This document shows positions 21,489 to 33,500 of a DNA stretch of 64,000 nt, in pieces. The stretch covers positions 496,001 through 560,000 of the forward strand of contig OZ025656.1 in assembly GCA_964019335.1 (NCBI GenBank), read 5' to 3'. Each line of letters opens with the position of its first letter. Within the stretch, counting starts at the first letter, position 1. The translations under genes and the position numbers were made by a program. Source of the DNA: Diplonema japonicum (lineage: Eukaryota; Protista; Euglenozoa: Diplonemea). The notes beneath the pieces were generated by a model, which was given only the letters and a program-made list of their open reading frames with translations, did not search any database and had not been told where the DNA came from.

Positions 21489-22292
21489 ATGAGCATGAAA
21501 TCGGTGAAGAAAATCCCTGCGGCAAAGCTTTACGTCAGCGAGCCTTCTCCGTCGATGTTTGGGAACGACAGAAATCCTTCCGACTGGAAGGGAGCCGGGT
21601 GGACCTGCGCGAACTGGCTGCGTTCGAGGTTCCATTTCGAATTCGCAGAGTACCGCAACAGAGCCGCGAGAGAATTCGGCGTCCTGAGAGTAGTCAACGA
21701 CGACCTGGTACAAGGGAAGAGAGGCTTCGGCGCCCATCCCCATCACAACATGGAGATTGTTACTTACGTTGTATCAGGTGAGCTGACACACAAGGACTCA
21801 ATGGGGTCAGCGGAGACCTTAGGCAGCGGCAGTGTTCAGTTCATGACAGCTGGTTCTGGCGTGGTGCACAGTGAATATAATTCAGGGAACGCTCCTGTCA
21901 GATTTATCCAATCATGGATCACGCCTTCAAAGTATGGTTTGAAGCCGCATTACGGTTCGTACCGAGCACCCGCCACCCGTCCTACTGGGTGGTTTCACAT
22001 TGCTTCTTCTGTTGAAACTTCGAGCAACACCCCTATCAAGCTTAACCAAGATGTTGACATGTTTTCTTTGAAACATGAAACTCCTTCTACTTATACATTC
22101 AGCATTGCGTCCGGGCGGCAGGGGTATCTACTGTGTATCGGCGGGCCTGTTGTACTGAACGGGGGTGTAGGTCTAGAGAATCATGATGCTGCGGAGTTGC
22201 AAGGTCCTTTAGAGGTGACTACGAAAGCTGACAGCACCGAACTGATATTGTTTACAATGAAAGGCGGGTCGAGCGGGCGGTCGGACCTTTAG
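21489..22292 (+). CDS. Pirin-family (YhhW-like) bicupin
   Basis: FGVLRVVNDD, GFGAHPHHNMEIVTYV, HKDSMG and QFMTAGSGVVHSE motifs. Confidence 0.92.
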   Translation: MSMKSVKKIPAAKLYVSEPSPSMFGNDRNPSDWKGAGWTCANWLRSRFHFEFAEYRNRAAREFGVLRVVNDDLVQGKRGFGAHPHHNMEIVTYVVSGELTHKDSMGSAETLGSGSVQFMTAGSGVVHSEYNSGNAPVRFIQSWITPSKYGLKPHYGSYRAPATRPTGWFHIASSVETSSNTPIKLNQDVDMFSLKHETPSTYTFSIASGRQGYLLCIGGPVVLNGGVGLENHDAAELQGPLEVTTKADSTELILFTMKGGSSGRSDL

Positions 22293-22768
22293 AAAAAAAG
22301 GAAAGGGAAAAAAAAAAAAAAAAAGAAAGGTTGAAAGAAAATAAAAAGGGAGCCAGCGACCGTATAAAGGTGCGCTTGTTTCTTCTCTTTTGGTCTTTTC
22401 CTTTCTTTCCTTTTTTTGATTGTTTCTTCCCCCCCCCCCTCTTTTTTTTCCAGCTCTTTACGTAACCCGTCTAACTTTGATTTTTTTTTTTTTTTTTTTT
22501 TTTACTCGTTCCATTTTTTTTTTCTTACAAGGTTTGGCTCGACACGTTTTTTCGTGTTTCTTAGAACAAAGAAAAAAATGAAAAAAAAATTTTTTTTTCC
22601 TTCCTCTCATGGGGGATGCATGGAAAAAAAAAAAAAAAGGTGGCACACCAAATTTTATTCCTCTCGGTTTCCTATTTTTTCCTCTTTTTTTTTCCCCTTA
22701 ACTTGTTTGTACATTTTTCAAGAAGAAGAAATGAGAAACACTAGGAAATTTACAAAAAAGTAAAGAAA

Positions 22769-23067
22769 ATGAAGCGGTATACAGTGCTAGCAGGGAGATG
22801 TTTGATGAAACAGAGCCGCAGTGTGTCGAGTTATAGCTTTCAGAAGTCTGCGCAACCACTTGGATCAGCAACGAAAGAGGAAATAGATGCCTTGGGACAG
22901 GGAATGAACGAGACCGAGCAGGCACGACTGAGCACACCACCCAGAAGTATTGGCTTCGTCGGGATTGAAGGAGACATTATACCAAGCGAGAGTGCAAAGA
23001 ACCTAGCGATGATCAAGGCGGAATGGAACTTCGATGCTGGGAGGGCACAGCTTGTCAGAGAGGTAAC

Positions 23068-23101
<34 letters not shown>

Positions 23102-23644
23102 AGGAACTCGGGGTACGTCTAGTTGCATGGGTTAAAGGAGGACAGTACCTTCAGAAGGAGGTCAACAAAATAGGCAGTCTTGCAGACGCATGGGACGAGG
23201 AGTACATAGACAAGCAGGGAGGGGTTCTGGTTATGACAGAGCTAGGTAGGATCCCAGGTGAAGCGGCAAAGACAATGAGGTTTGAAAGAATTAAAAAAAA
23301 AAAATTAAAAAAAATATAAAAACCCCAGCGTATCTGAAGCTGTCTTGTACATGATGGAGTACGATATAGTAGCACCGCTGGGAACGCGGAATGCCCCCGC
23401 ATGGCTGTCAAATGATGACGCTATCAAAGCGGACGTCGAGAAACGGCGCGTTGTTCTGGTATGGCTATCGTATAAAAAAAAAAGTTTTTTAAAAAAAAAA
23501 AAAACAAAAACCCAGCGAGCGGCCACGTTTTGTGCAATTCTGTCGATCCTCGGCATGGCGGTGTACAACTTGTTGGTGTGGCTAGAGCGGCAAAAGAACT
23601 TCAAAAAGAGAGAGGCCTACACATCACCGTCACTTAACAAGTGA
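22769..23644 (+). CDS. Hypothetical, probably mitochondrial, protein with a C-terminal TM segment (4 exons)
   Basis: Exons join in frame through A-rich introns at 23063-23103, 23280-23328 and 23459-23515. N-terminus is Arg/Ser-rich. Confidence 0.75.
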
Positions 23645-23716
23645 GCGATGAACGCTCCTTTTTTTCTTCTTCTTTTTGTACTGTGTCCTGACCTTTATAC
23701 CAGTTTATATAAATGC

Positions 23717-24358
23717 ATGAAGCGAGGTATCCAAAGAAGATGGGTGCAAACGATTGCCGAGGCACTGGAGGTCTTCGGCATGGATCAGGGCGTACCATAT
23801 CCAAGGGGAAGGTCGGGCACTGAGTCTAAAGCAGCACTAGTAGGAGCAAACCGAGAGGGTCTTGCAAAGAGGTACAGAGAGCTTGCTAGGGTGTATCACC
23901 CAGACTCGCCTACAGGCAATACTGAAGAAATGAGTCGGGTCAACCAGGCATACAAGTTGTTGCAGAAAGAATTGCCGAGCCGACCAAGTTACACACAGAA
24001 AGAGGAAACCAAACAACAGGCAAAGGAAGAGGTGAAATACGAAAAGCCTAAGAAACCCGAAAGCTATTCTAAAACAGAGAGGGCGCAGACAAGAAAACCC
24101 CTCGAGGAGGAGAAGGAGGAGCAGTACTACTCAGATATGTCTGGCTTCGGTTTTGAAATGGGAGCCGCCCATGCCAAGTACACCAAATCGTTCATCCAGT
24201 CCCTTCTCGATTACGCTGCATTGGATAATAAACGTAAAAAAACGACCCCCCCGCCACGGACACCCAACAGCGAGGCAGAGGAACAACTCCGACGGGAAAA
24301 CAAAGGGAAAATCAAAAAAGAATCGACGGTAAAGGCGCAATCGGGGAAATGGTTGTAG
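23717..24358 (+). CDS. J-domain (DnaJ-like) protein
   Basis: KRYRELARVYHPD...MSRVNQAYKLL motif; basic N-terminal presequence. Confidence 0.85.
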   Translation: MKRGIQRRWVQTIAEALEVFGMDQGVPYPRGRSGTESKAALVGANREGLAKRYRELARVYHPDSPTGNTEEMSRVNQAYKLLQKELPSRPSYTQKEETKQQAKEEVKYEKPKKPESYSKTERAQTRKPLEEEKEEQYYSDMSGFGFEMGAAHAKYTKSFIQSLLDYAALDNKRKKTTPPPRTPNSEAEEQLRRENKGKIKKESTVKAQSGKWL

Positions 24359-24545
24359 GGTTGTAGATGTAGAACCGAATCAAGGTTGGGGAGGGGGGAC
24401 TGCCGTTGATATAAACGAAGGGGTGAAATGAATTTGTAATTCCTGTGTTATTTTTCCTTTTTTGTTCTTGTGTGGCGTTGGGTGGGTTGTATCAGGCAAC
24501 AGGAAGGATATTTACAACCACAACCCCCCTGCGATATGGTAAGCA

Positions 24546-27500
24546 ATGTTCTGTGTAATAACGTTGCTCCTAGCGTTCGGCAGTACTCACAGGTTGGCCT
24601 TCGACGATCCCGCTGACCTTGGGCGGTGCAGCTCCGATGTAGAAGACTCAAAACATGCACAGCTGATCGGTGAGGGAGTATTCCGGGGAGGCGGGGTGCG
24701 ACCTGGCGGAGGATACTTGGAGATGAGGGGCGGGTACCTTGACTGGGGGCACGCTGACAGGTGGCAAGTGGGAACCGATATGACGGTCATGTCATGGGTG
24801 AGGATGAGAGACGCTGGTACAGGGAGTGCGGTGTTTTCACTTGGGCCTCAAAACGGTGTGTCACGCTGCACATGGTCTGCAGTTCAGGTTGCTGAGCTGG
24901 TCACCCCCAGTACAGGCACTTTGTACACGCAGACACTGTCAACTCTTCAGCAATGCAAGCAGCACTGTGTGGCACAGTCTCGGTGCAAAGGCATCTCTTA
25001 TGACACATCAACTCTCACCTGCCTTTCTCTCTCCTGCACGCCTGGGGAGTTCGAATGTGAATTCACCAACTCTACATCCGTCCCTGTCACTTCCCTACTA
25101 TCCACGTGCAGCGACAGTACCTTCGCCCTAACCATGTACGTCTCGGAGGGCAGTCTCGGCTTGACATGGAATGGCGACACATGTGACCTGCCGCACGCTG
25201 TCTCCGACAGTGAATGGACGTTGCTCGCGATGTCTATCTCGTCTAACGGCTTCATCAACGAGGGTAAGGTGCGCGTTGCCGTCCTGTCCCCCGGCATCAA
25301 GGAGAGGTTTTGCTATTCCAAGTCGTGGTTCTTTCCTGCAGGAATACCAGTCCCCAACACACACCGTGCCGTCATTGGCAAGGATCTCCTGCAGACACAC
25401 GACCATCTCAACGGCGATATCGACGACTTCACTACCTCCCTCATAGGCGCCGAAGTGGGCTCGCTGTCCAAGCAGCTGGCCACACAACTTGGCGTGCTGC
25501 TACATATGCCCTTCGACGCTCCTCCTGCAGGCACCTTTACCTCAGATGCGCATCACCGCCCTGGATACGGTGTTAAGGGTGGCTCTCTTGCCATAGCCAC
25601 AGACAGCCCTTATCCATCCGGATCTACATATAGACAGTCGGCCTCTGAGCTGGCATCTCTTGGCGGACTTGAGGAGGTGACAATATGTGCATGGATTAAG
25701 CCAATGTGCTGGCACGATTCAGCCTCAGGCTGTGGGACACCGTGGGCTGTACGTTCGGCCACGGGGGATTCCTCTTTCGTCTTGCAATTGAAAAACTCGG
25801 GGGTCGTGTCCCACACGATGTCCGGTGTCGAGGTGTCGACACAGCTGCCCACGTGGGTAGGGTGTTTTGTGGTTACTGATTGGGTGAAAGACAATCTGCA
25901 GATTATTCAAGCAACGACGCTTTACGACTGCAGGGCATCATGCAGCAACAAATACTTCATGCTTCATTCACAGGCAGGACCTTGTTATTGTTCCGACATC
26001 AGCCCTTACAAGCTTATGCAGCAGATGCCAGACCACAAGTGCGGAAAACCATGCGACTCCGAAACAAGCACCATCTTGCACCAGCACTGCGGGACGTCGA
26101 CTACAGTAGCCGTGTACACTCACGTGGTGGCCGACAAGTACGACATGGGGTACGCCGGAAAGCCATGCACCCCTCCATACACAGACCTTGTCACGGAGGG
26201 CGAGTGCTCAGGGGCAGCAAAGATGCAAAAGCTGTACAACACCACAATGTCATATTTCGAGGTGCCCACCGGCCATCCCGCTGGCTGCCTGTACAACGAA
26301 ATGGATGCCCGGCTGTACTGGAACGCGGGAGGAGACCCTTCCAAACTGCACACTTCGTACCAGAAGTTGTGCAAGATACCACGCAACCCTATTTGGCAAA
26401 GGGGCAAGTGGCAGTGGTACTGTGCTTCGAAGGACGTGCACGGCGGGTACCACCTGTTTGTTGACGGGCACAGGTCGTGGACTACAGTCAAGAGCGTTGC
26501 AGTGGACAAAAGGGTGACGTTTGCTGCCAACGACGTGATCGAGCTTGGGGGTGGTGGGAGGACACCACGGACACAGTTCAAAGGCCACATTGATGGTCTG
26601 CGGATAAGCAGAAGGAACGAAATTGCAGCGCTGGAGGGCAACCAGCTATGGAGGTTGGAGGACTTGAACAGAGTGTACGACACAAGACTGTTGGCAAGCC
26701 TGTCTACGGGATTGGTGGAGTGGACGGAATCGGACTCAGAGGTGGTGAATTCTTTCATTGCAGCTACAGTGGACATCAAGGACAAGCTGCTGCGTTGGAG
26801 GGTTCGGCACTCGGGAGCCTACGTGGACATGAGCCTGGTTCTCACATCATCACCTCTGGTGAACACCAGCAACGGACCGCAGCTGCATAACGCACTGCTG
26901 ACGACGTACCGACAGGAGTACGGCAACGGTACAACCATGCTTGGCTTCCGCAACGTCATCAACAAGAACAGCAACGCATACGCAGGGAGCTGTCCGTACG
27001 CAGCACTGTCAGCCTCGTCACGCCTCAACGACACGATGGGTCCCAATGCATTGCGGAAGGTAGATGGCGTCCCCTGGAAGCCATGGGGCGACGCTACTAC
27101 TGGCTGGCTGAAATGGACATTCCAACAAACTGTGGAAGTAACAGGCATCCACTTGCAAGCCTTAGCAGCTAACACGACCTTCAGACACGCATCTTTGCAG
27201 GTATCTGATGACGGTGACGATTGGAGGGTGTTGTATTGGGTGACCCCTGAGGCAACAGATGACATGCAGTACTTCACCGGGTGGGGCTTCCATCAGTCTG
27301 TCTTGTGGCGCCTTGTGATGGATTCCCCGTATGATTCTGAGGAACTGGCACTTGACTATCTTGCGCTCGAAATAGCAGGGTACTCGGCACCATGTGGAGG
27401 TGCGTCTACAGATTGCCAGTATACCCTCTCGGGGTCCTTTGACCCTGACATTGCGTGTAACATGTCTGCCATAACGCAGTTCAGCACCATCGGGAGCGAG

Positions 27501-30500
27501 GGCTGCAAGGATGCTTGCAATGATGAACAAGCATGCTTATCCTTTGCGCATCATGAAGAGAACGGTATATGTGTTCTGTACCGTGAGATATGCGGTCTTA
27601 ACACCACTGTGATTCCATGGTCTGGATGGCGCACGTGGACCGACAAACGCGGATGCGGCCCTGCTGTTGTGCCACCTTCAAGCGACACGCAGCCTGTCGA
27701 TGTCACTATGGCATGGCATGCCCCGAGTGGGAAAAGTCTTGTGACAGCAAGCCGCCCCTGGTATCGAACAGGCGGCCCTCCTGACACGGGGTACCTGCAA
27801 ACAATCGCAGACGGCATGAAGTGCAATGATGAGAATGTAACATCAAATCGTCTTGGTGGGGCATACGTCGTCAGGGAGCATTGTGAAACGGCATGCATGA
27901 AGGACGAAGCGTGTCACTATTGCGCGCCGTTTGTGTGCACAACTGACAACAGGACACGGTGCACATACGCTGCGCTGCAGTTCTGCAACGATATCGTGGA
28001 AGTAACAATGGCGTTCACCTACCCATTCCCTTTACGGGCTAAGATGTCGCACTTTCGTTCGAAAATGGCGTATGGGCCAACAGCACCGAGATGTGATGTG
28101 ACATGCCCTGTCTGCGGAACAAGATCGTGTCCATTGCGAGAGCTAGCTTTGGATAACCTATTGAACACGACATTCTCTTCAGTATCGTTCGGAATTCGTG
28201 GGGTGTTCAGGCCTGCAACAGCCGAGGTGCCTGAGACGACGAGCTACACAGCTACAGTGCCCACAATGACAGTGACCTTCACCTTGCCAACGGGCACCGC
28301 AACATTTAGTCTTTCGCTCTCGCATACATACTCTTTGACTGACACTTTGAGCTTGAGCCCCACGTATTCCCTCTCACACACGTTTTCGGGTTCACTGACT
28401 GCTACCGAAAGTCGTTCTCCGACCTTTACGCTCACGATGACCTTCAGCAATTCCTTGACCGACACATACAGCCTGTCGCACACCTTTTCGTTGTCTGACA
28501 CTTACAGTTTGACGTTGTCCCCGACTTTCAGTCTCTCCGATAGCTTTACTTACTCGCCCTCCGTCACAGACAGCATGACGAGATCAGTGAGTGTCAGTCA
28601 CTCGCTGAGCCTTTCGCACAGCTACTCTCAAACAACGACGTACACGCTGTCAAGGTCTCTGACAGACAGCTTGACCATGACGCAGACAATATCGTACACC
28701 GGTACTGCCTCTGACACCTTCAGCTTGTCGCACACTTACAGTGTGTCGCCAACACACACTTTTTCTATTCGCAGCATGACGGAGACACACACGATGTGGA
28801 CAGACACATACACGGAGACAGACTGGACGGAGACATTGCTGACTGCTACAGTGTCCATGACCGTGCCGACTGAAACCGGCTCCGATTCTTTGACCCTCTC
28901 CCCTACGTTCAGTCTCACTGCATCGTATTCCTTGACAAGTTCACAGAGCGTGACAGAAAGCTCTACTCTGGTCGAAACACGCACTCAGTCCGCTACGTTG
29001 ACCCAAAGCGACACGCACACCTTGAGCTTGTCTCCTAGTTTCACGGAGTCGCTGACAGAGACTATCACGCGAACTGTACCGCCAACAAGCACCGCAACCT
29101 TCTCGGAGACGCTCTCCCCCACATTCTCCCTGACGAAAACTCTCTCTGAAACACTGAGCATGTCCCTCCCTACCGTGACTGAGTCGATGTCGACATCCAT
29201 TTCTCTGAACACAGCAACACCTACCTCGTCCATAACACTGACGTCGTTCACCTTGTCACTCCCCACAGCAACAGAGTCCACCAGCTTAACTGAATCTTTC
29301 ACAGACTCCCTCACCTCTTCCATGACGCTGACTCTCCCCACCTCCTCCATGAGCATGACGACATCCATCACTACGTCGTTGACCATAGAGATTGAACCCC
29401 CCGCCGCCTACACCGGATACTCTGTTGGAATCAACGCAGCCTCTCCTTACGTGCATGCTCATGAGCTAGCGCTATTCAGTATGCAAACAGTAAACGAGGT
29501 GCGCATTCGTTTTGATGATTTTCTCGAGTTGTCTGACGGGAACCTCGTGTCGGGGAACTTCGAAACATCTGGCGAGGCGTTGTCGTGCGGTGCGCTGTTT
29601 TGCCTGACACCCGCAGCACCCGCTTCTACAGGTGCTGTTCACGTGTCATCGGCATTTGATTCAAGTCACAAGATAAGTGTGCATGCTCGATTTGGGATCG
29701 GCAGTGGGTCGTATGCCGCAAGCGGAGGATGGCTTGTTGCCCTCCATGGGCTAGGCCCGGTGCTTGGGAACCATGGAACAGGGTACTTCTACGGGCTGCT
29801 GTACCATGAGTGGTACACGGTCTCACGCGGTGTGTATATCATGTACGATGGGACCCTTAATGCCTCCACAAGCGGTGGCCATGTCATGGTAGTTTGTGAC
29901 GATGGCACTGCGGGCGGTCTAGTTGCGTCCTCCCTACTCCAGTACACGACATCCCTAGCGACTCCAGGGCTGTGGTGGGACACATGGGTGGATGTCGATC
30001 CCAGTGGGAAGCTTGAGGTCTATGTCTCAAACTCCGAGCTTAAACCGTCGGAACCGATCATTTCGACAAATCTTACCAGACCGTTGACCGAGCTATTGGA
30101 CGGGCCTACCTGGGTGTCGGGGTCCGCGGCTTCTGGATGCGGCGAAATGAAGGTTTCTGCGAAACTTGGTTTTTTCTGGCGGGAGAAATGGTGGCCAGTG
30201 GTGCCGTCTACAAAGCACTATGCTGACAGACCCACAGAGATCATCGTTACTGTGAAAGGCGAGGCTTACATCTTCGGCTTCACGCCTGGGAAGTACGGAG
30301 GCATGGCCCAGGTCACAGCACCGAATGGGACAACGCTGTTCAGCGATGTGAACATCGGATGGACACCGATGACTGGGGAGTTTGTATCGCTGAACGTCAC
30401 GCTTCGGACCGGCGGTGTGCATTCCTTTGGATTAGTGTCCTTCGACGGACTAAACAGTTGGTCTCTGGATTTCCAAGCCTACGGGTGGTGGTCTTCTAAC

Positions 30501-33500
30501 TACTCCCGGACAGATGTGAACATCACCTTCTACGTAGCTTACGGGTACATCTATGAGCCAAGGGGTGACTGGTGGAAGTGGGGCACGGTCCCCCTCGACA
30601 CTGTTGGCAGCGTTAAAATTATATCTGACCTGAGAAAGTGGAAGCACGCACCGGAGCGGTATGATAACCATAAGGCATACCTGGAATCCGTCAGTTGCTA
30701 CGGCACGCAGCACAGAATGAAAGCCTTTGATGTAGTCGCAGAACCTGTCCTCTCCGAAGAACCCACACAGACTGTTGCTGACACTTCAGTCATGTTCCCG
30801 GGTGACCCTGCAAGGTTTCTGTTCACAAGGCTCGTATCGTGGTTCCCAAGCACGGCCTTCGGTGTTGACATGTGGATGCGCTACAGCGACCCTTCCTCGC
30901 CACAGAACGGGCTCATCTCCTACACTGTGCCCTTTTCGAATTACCCTGCATTTGAGATTTATGATGCAGGCAGCACATGGAAGGTGGCCATCGGCAAGAC
31001 AGGTTGGGTCATCAACACAGCAGACCATTGGAATCCTTTGACAAGCTTGGTGCCAGAGAGCTATGGTTACGGATGTTCGAACACTGCAAACAGTGACGAT
31101 ACCCTTGCGGAGGGGACTTCGTTTGCAACTTTGGCGTCGTGTGCTGCGTTCTGCACCCCTCACACGCAGTGCGCTGCGTGCAGCCCTTACAAATGTGATA
31201 CTGGTACCGGGAAGTGCATATGCAGCTACCGTGCGATGCGAAGATGTGTAGGTACTTCTGTTATGGCGACAGGCTGTACACAGTACGCTATTGCCAAGAA
31301 GGAGTCAGGATGGGTGCACATGGGATTTAGGTGGAGGTCCGAAGACGGTTGCTGGTCCTTATTCCGGGATGGGGTGCTAAAGGCATCGGGTTGCGGCGTA
31401 GCGACCGGGCTAGGTGTGCAACCTGGAGGGACACTTTTGCTTGGACAGCACATTTCAGCTGCAGGCAAGACGCAGCTAAATGCGGCATTTCAAGGGTCGC
31501 TGCGGGATGTACGTATTTGGGAAGGGTATCCTTCTGAGGAACAGCTGCTGCCAGCGTCACAACCTGACGCTACGCTGTGCATGTCGTGGCCTCTGCGAAA
31601 TGGAGAAACACACGATGTGTCGGGAAACAACCGCCACCTTTCGTCAGCAGGCACTGAGCTGGGATGGACTGTCCTAGCAGAAGAAGCGCCCCTTCCACCC
31701 ACACCTATCGACACTCCAGTGCCAGCAGCAGTAGCCGCGACCACCATCCCCGAGAGTATAGACCACATTTCGATGGCAGACTACAGGTGGCTCACAACCT
31801 GCGATGTGGACGATGATGGGACAGCAGATGTCGTTGCTGTCTCGGACGACGGGCTTGTGACGTGGTTAGCGGGCGGGTCATGGTCGCCGAGGTACGTGGG
31901 GAAGATGGAAAAGGCATGCCAGGTAGATGCGAGGGACATGGATCGCGATGGTGACATCGACTTGTACGCGGCATGCGGTGACAACATCTACTTGTGGACA
32001 AACACCAGGAAAGGTGTATTCACAGAGACTAAGATAGTACCCTCTAACCTCCCTGGCAGTTTAGAGGGCATGTGTGTGGCTGATGTGGACGGCGACGCGG
32101 TGGATGATGTTCTTCTGTCTTTCAAGGATGAGTCTGTAGTGACACCACAGTATCCTCCTGACGCTGTGCCCAACGAGGCCATGCGGTTGCGTCTCGATGG
32201 GAACACGCATGACAGTGTGGAAGACGCAAAGGGGCTTACACGTGATGACACGACACTAGACCCTATCTGGGTGCAAGACGAAGTGGTTGAAGGAGTAGGT
32301 GCTGCCTATTTTGACGGGCTTCGTTGTGGTCAGGGACCGCTGGGGACGGCAGTCAGTGGAACCACACAGCTGACTTGGTCGGCTTGGGTGAAGCTTAACG
32401 AGACACTGAGCGTAAACGAAACGGCCGCTGTTAACATCACTGCGTCAAGCAACACGTCCACAATTGTTAGCAGTGCAAACAATTACACAGAGGAAGTGTG
32501 GAGCCTCAAGATAGACTATTATGTGGGGTTCTTCTGCAGCATTGGGGACGACACGACCTTATCATTATCGCAGCGTGTGCCAATATCAGGAGTGTGGTAC
32601 CACGTAGTGTGTGTATGGGACGGTATCGCGGGCACTCTGCAAATGTATGAGAACTATCTGACGACGGGTGCTGTCACAACCTCTGTCACCTCTACGGAAT
32701 ATACAGACCAGCGGATAGGAGTGGGCTGCTCTTCATCGAACAGCTCTTTAGCGTTCATAGGAGTCGTCGACGACATACGTGTGTGGGTGACTGCCCTACC
32801 ATTTTCCCACCTTGTGGGTGACACAACTGGGTCACTCAGCACTAGCCTGCACTTACCACTTGACGCTTCCGTCACCGACAAGTCGGCCTACACTAGAGGG
32901 GTATACGGTGCGTCTCTTGACTGGGACGTAAACGGCGTGACAGCCGAAGCAATGCGCATCCCTCAAGACGGTTACATTGGTGGGGTAGACATGTCAAGGA
33001 TCTTGCCTGTCGTGACACACATGACGCTGGCATTGTGGGTGCGGGTATCCGATGTGAGCGGCAGGGGTGTGCTGTTGGGTACTGACACGTTTGGGGTGTA
33101 CTACGACTCGGGATGGGTAAAGTGCACAACTTTCAGCAATCAGTTCAGCAGTGCTATTACTTCGAAGGTGAGAGTGGCGTTTGGTGTGTGGAGCCATGTA
33201 GCGTGCACCTTCAACGGGGTGAGCCAGACCACGGCAGTCTTTATCGACATGGCGAACGTGGGATACGTCATCGGAACCTACTGGTACGTGACACCACCAG
33301 CAGAGTCTTTCAGGGTGGGTGGTGGTGACTGGTCAGGAGACGTGGATGACGTGCGAGTGCTGCACACATGCGTCATGCCCGGCCAGATGACGTCTGTCTT
33401 CGCACCAAGAAGCAACCTTGCGTACCAGCTTTCAGAGGAACAATATTTCGATGCCACATCTTCCCGATCTGTCACGTTGTCACCCATTTCCACTTCCCAG

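Noticed and set aside
21218-21781. 187-aa ORF overlapping the pirin gene
   Set aside because: No motif; it is a UTR plus an alternative frame of the pirin CDS.
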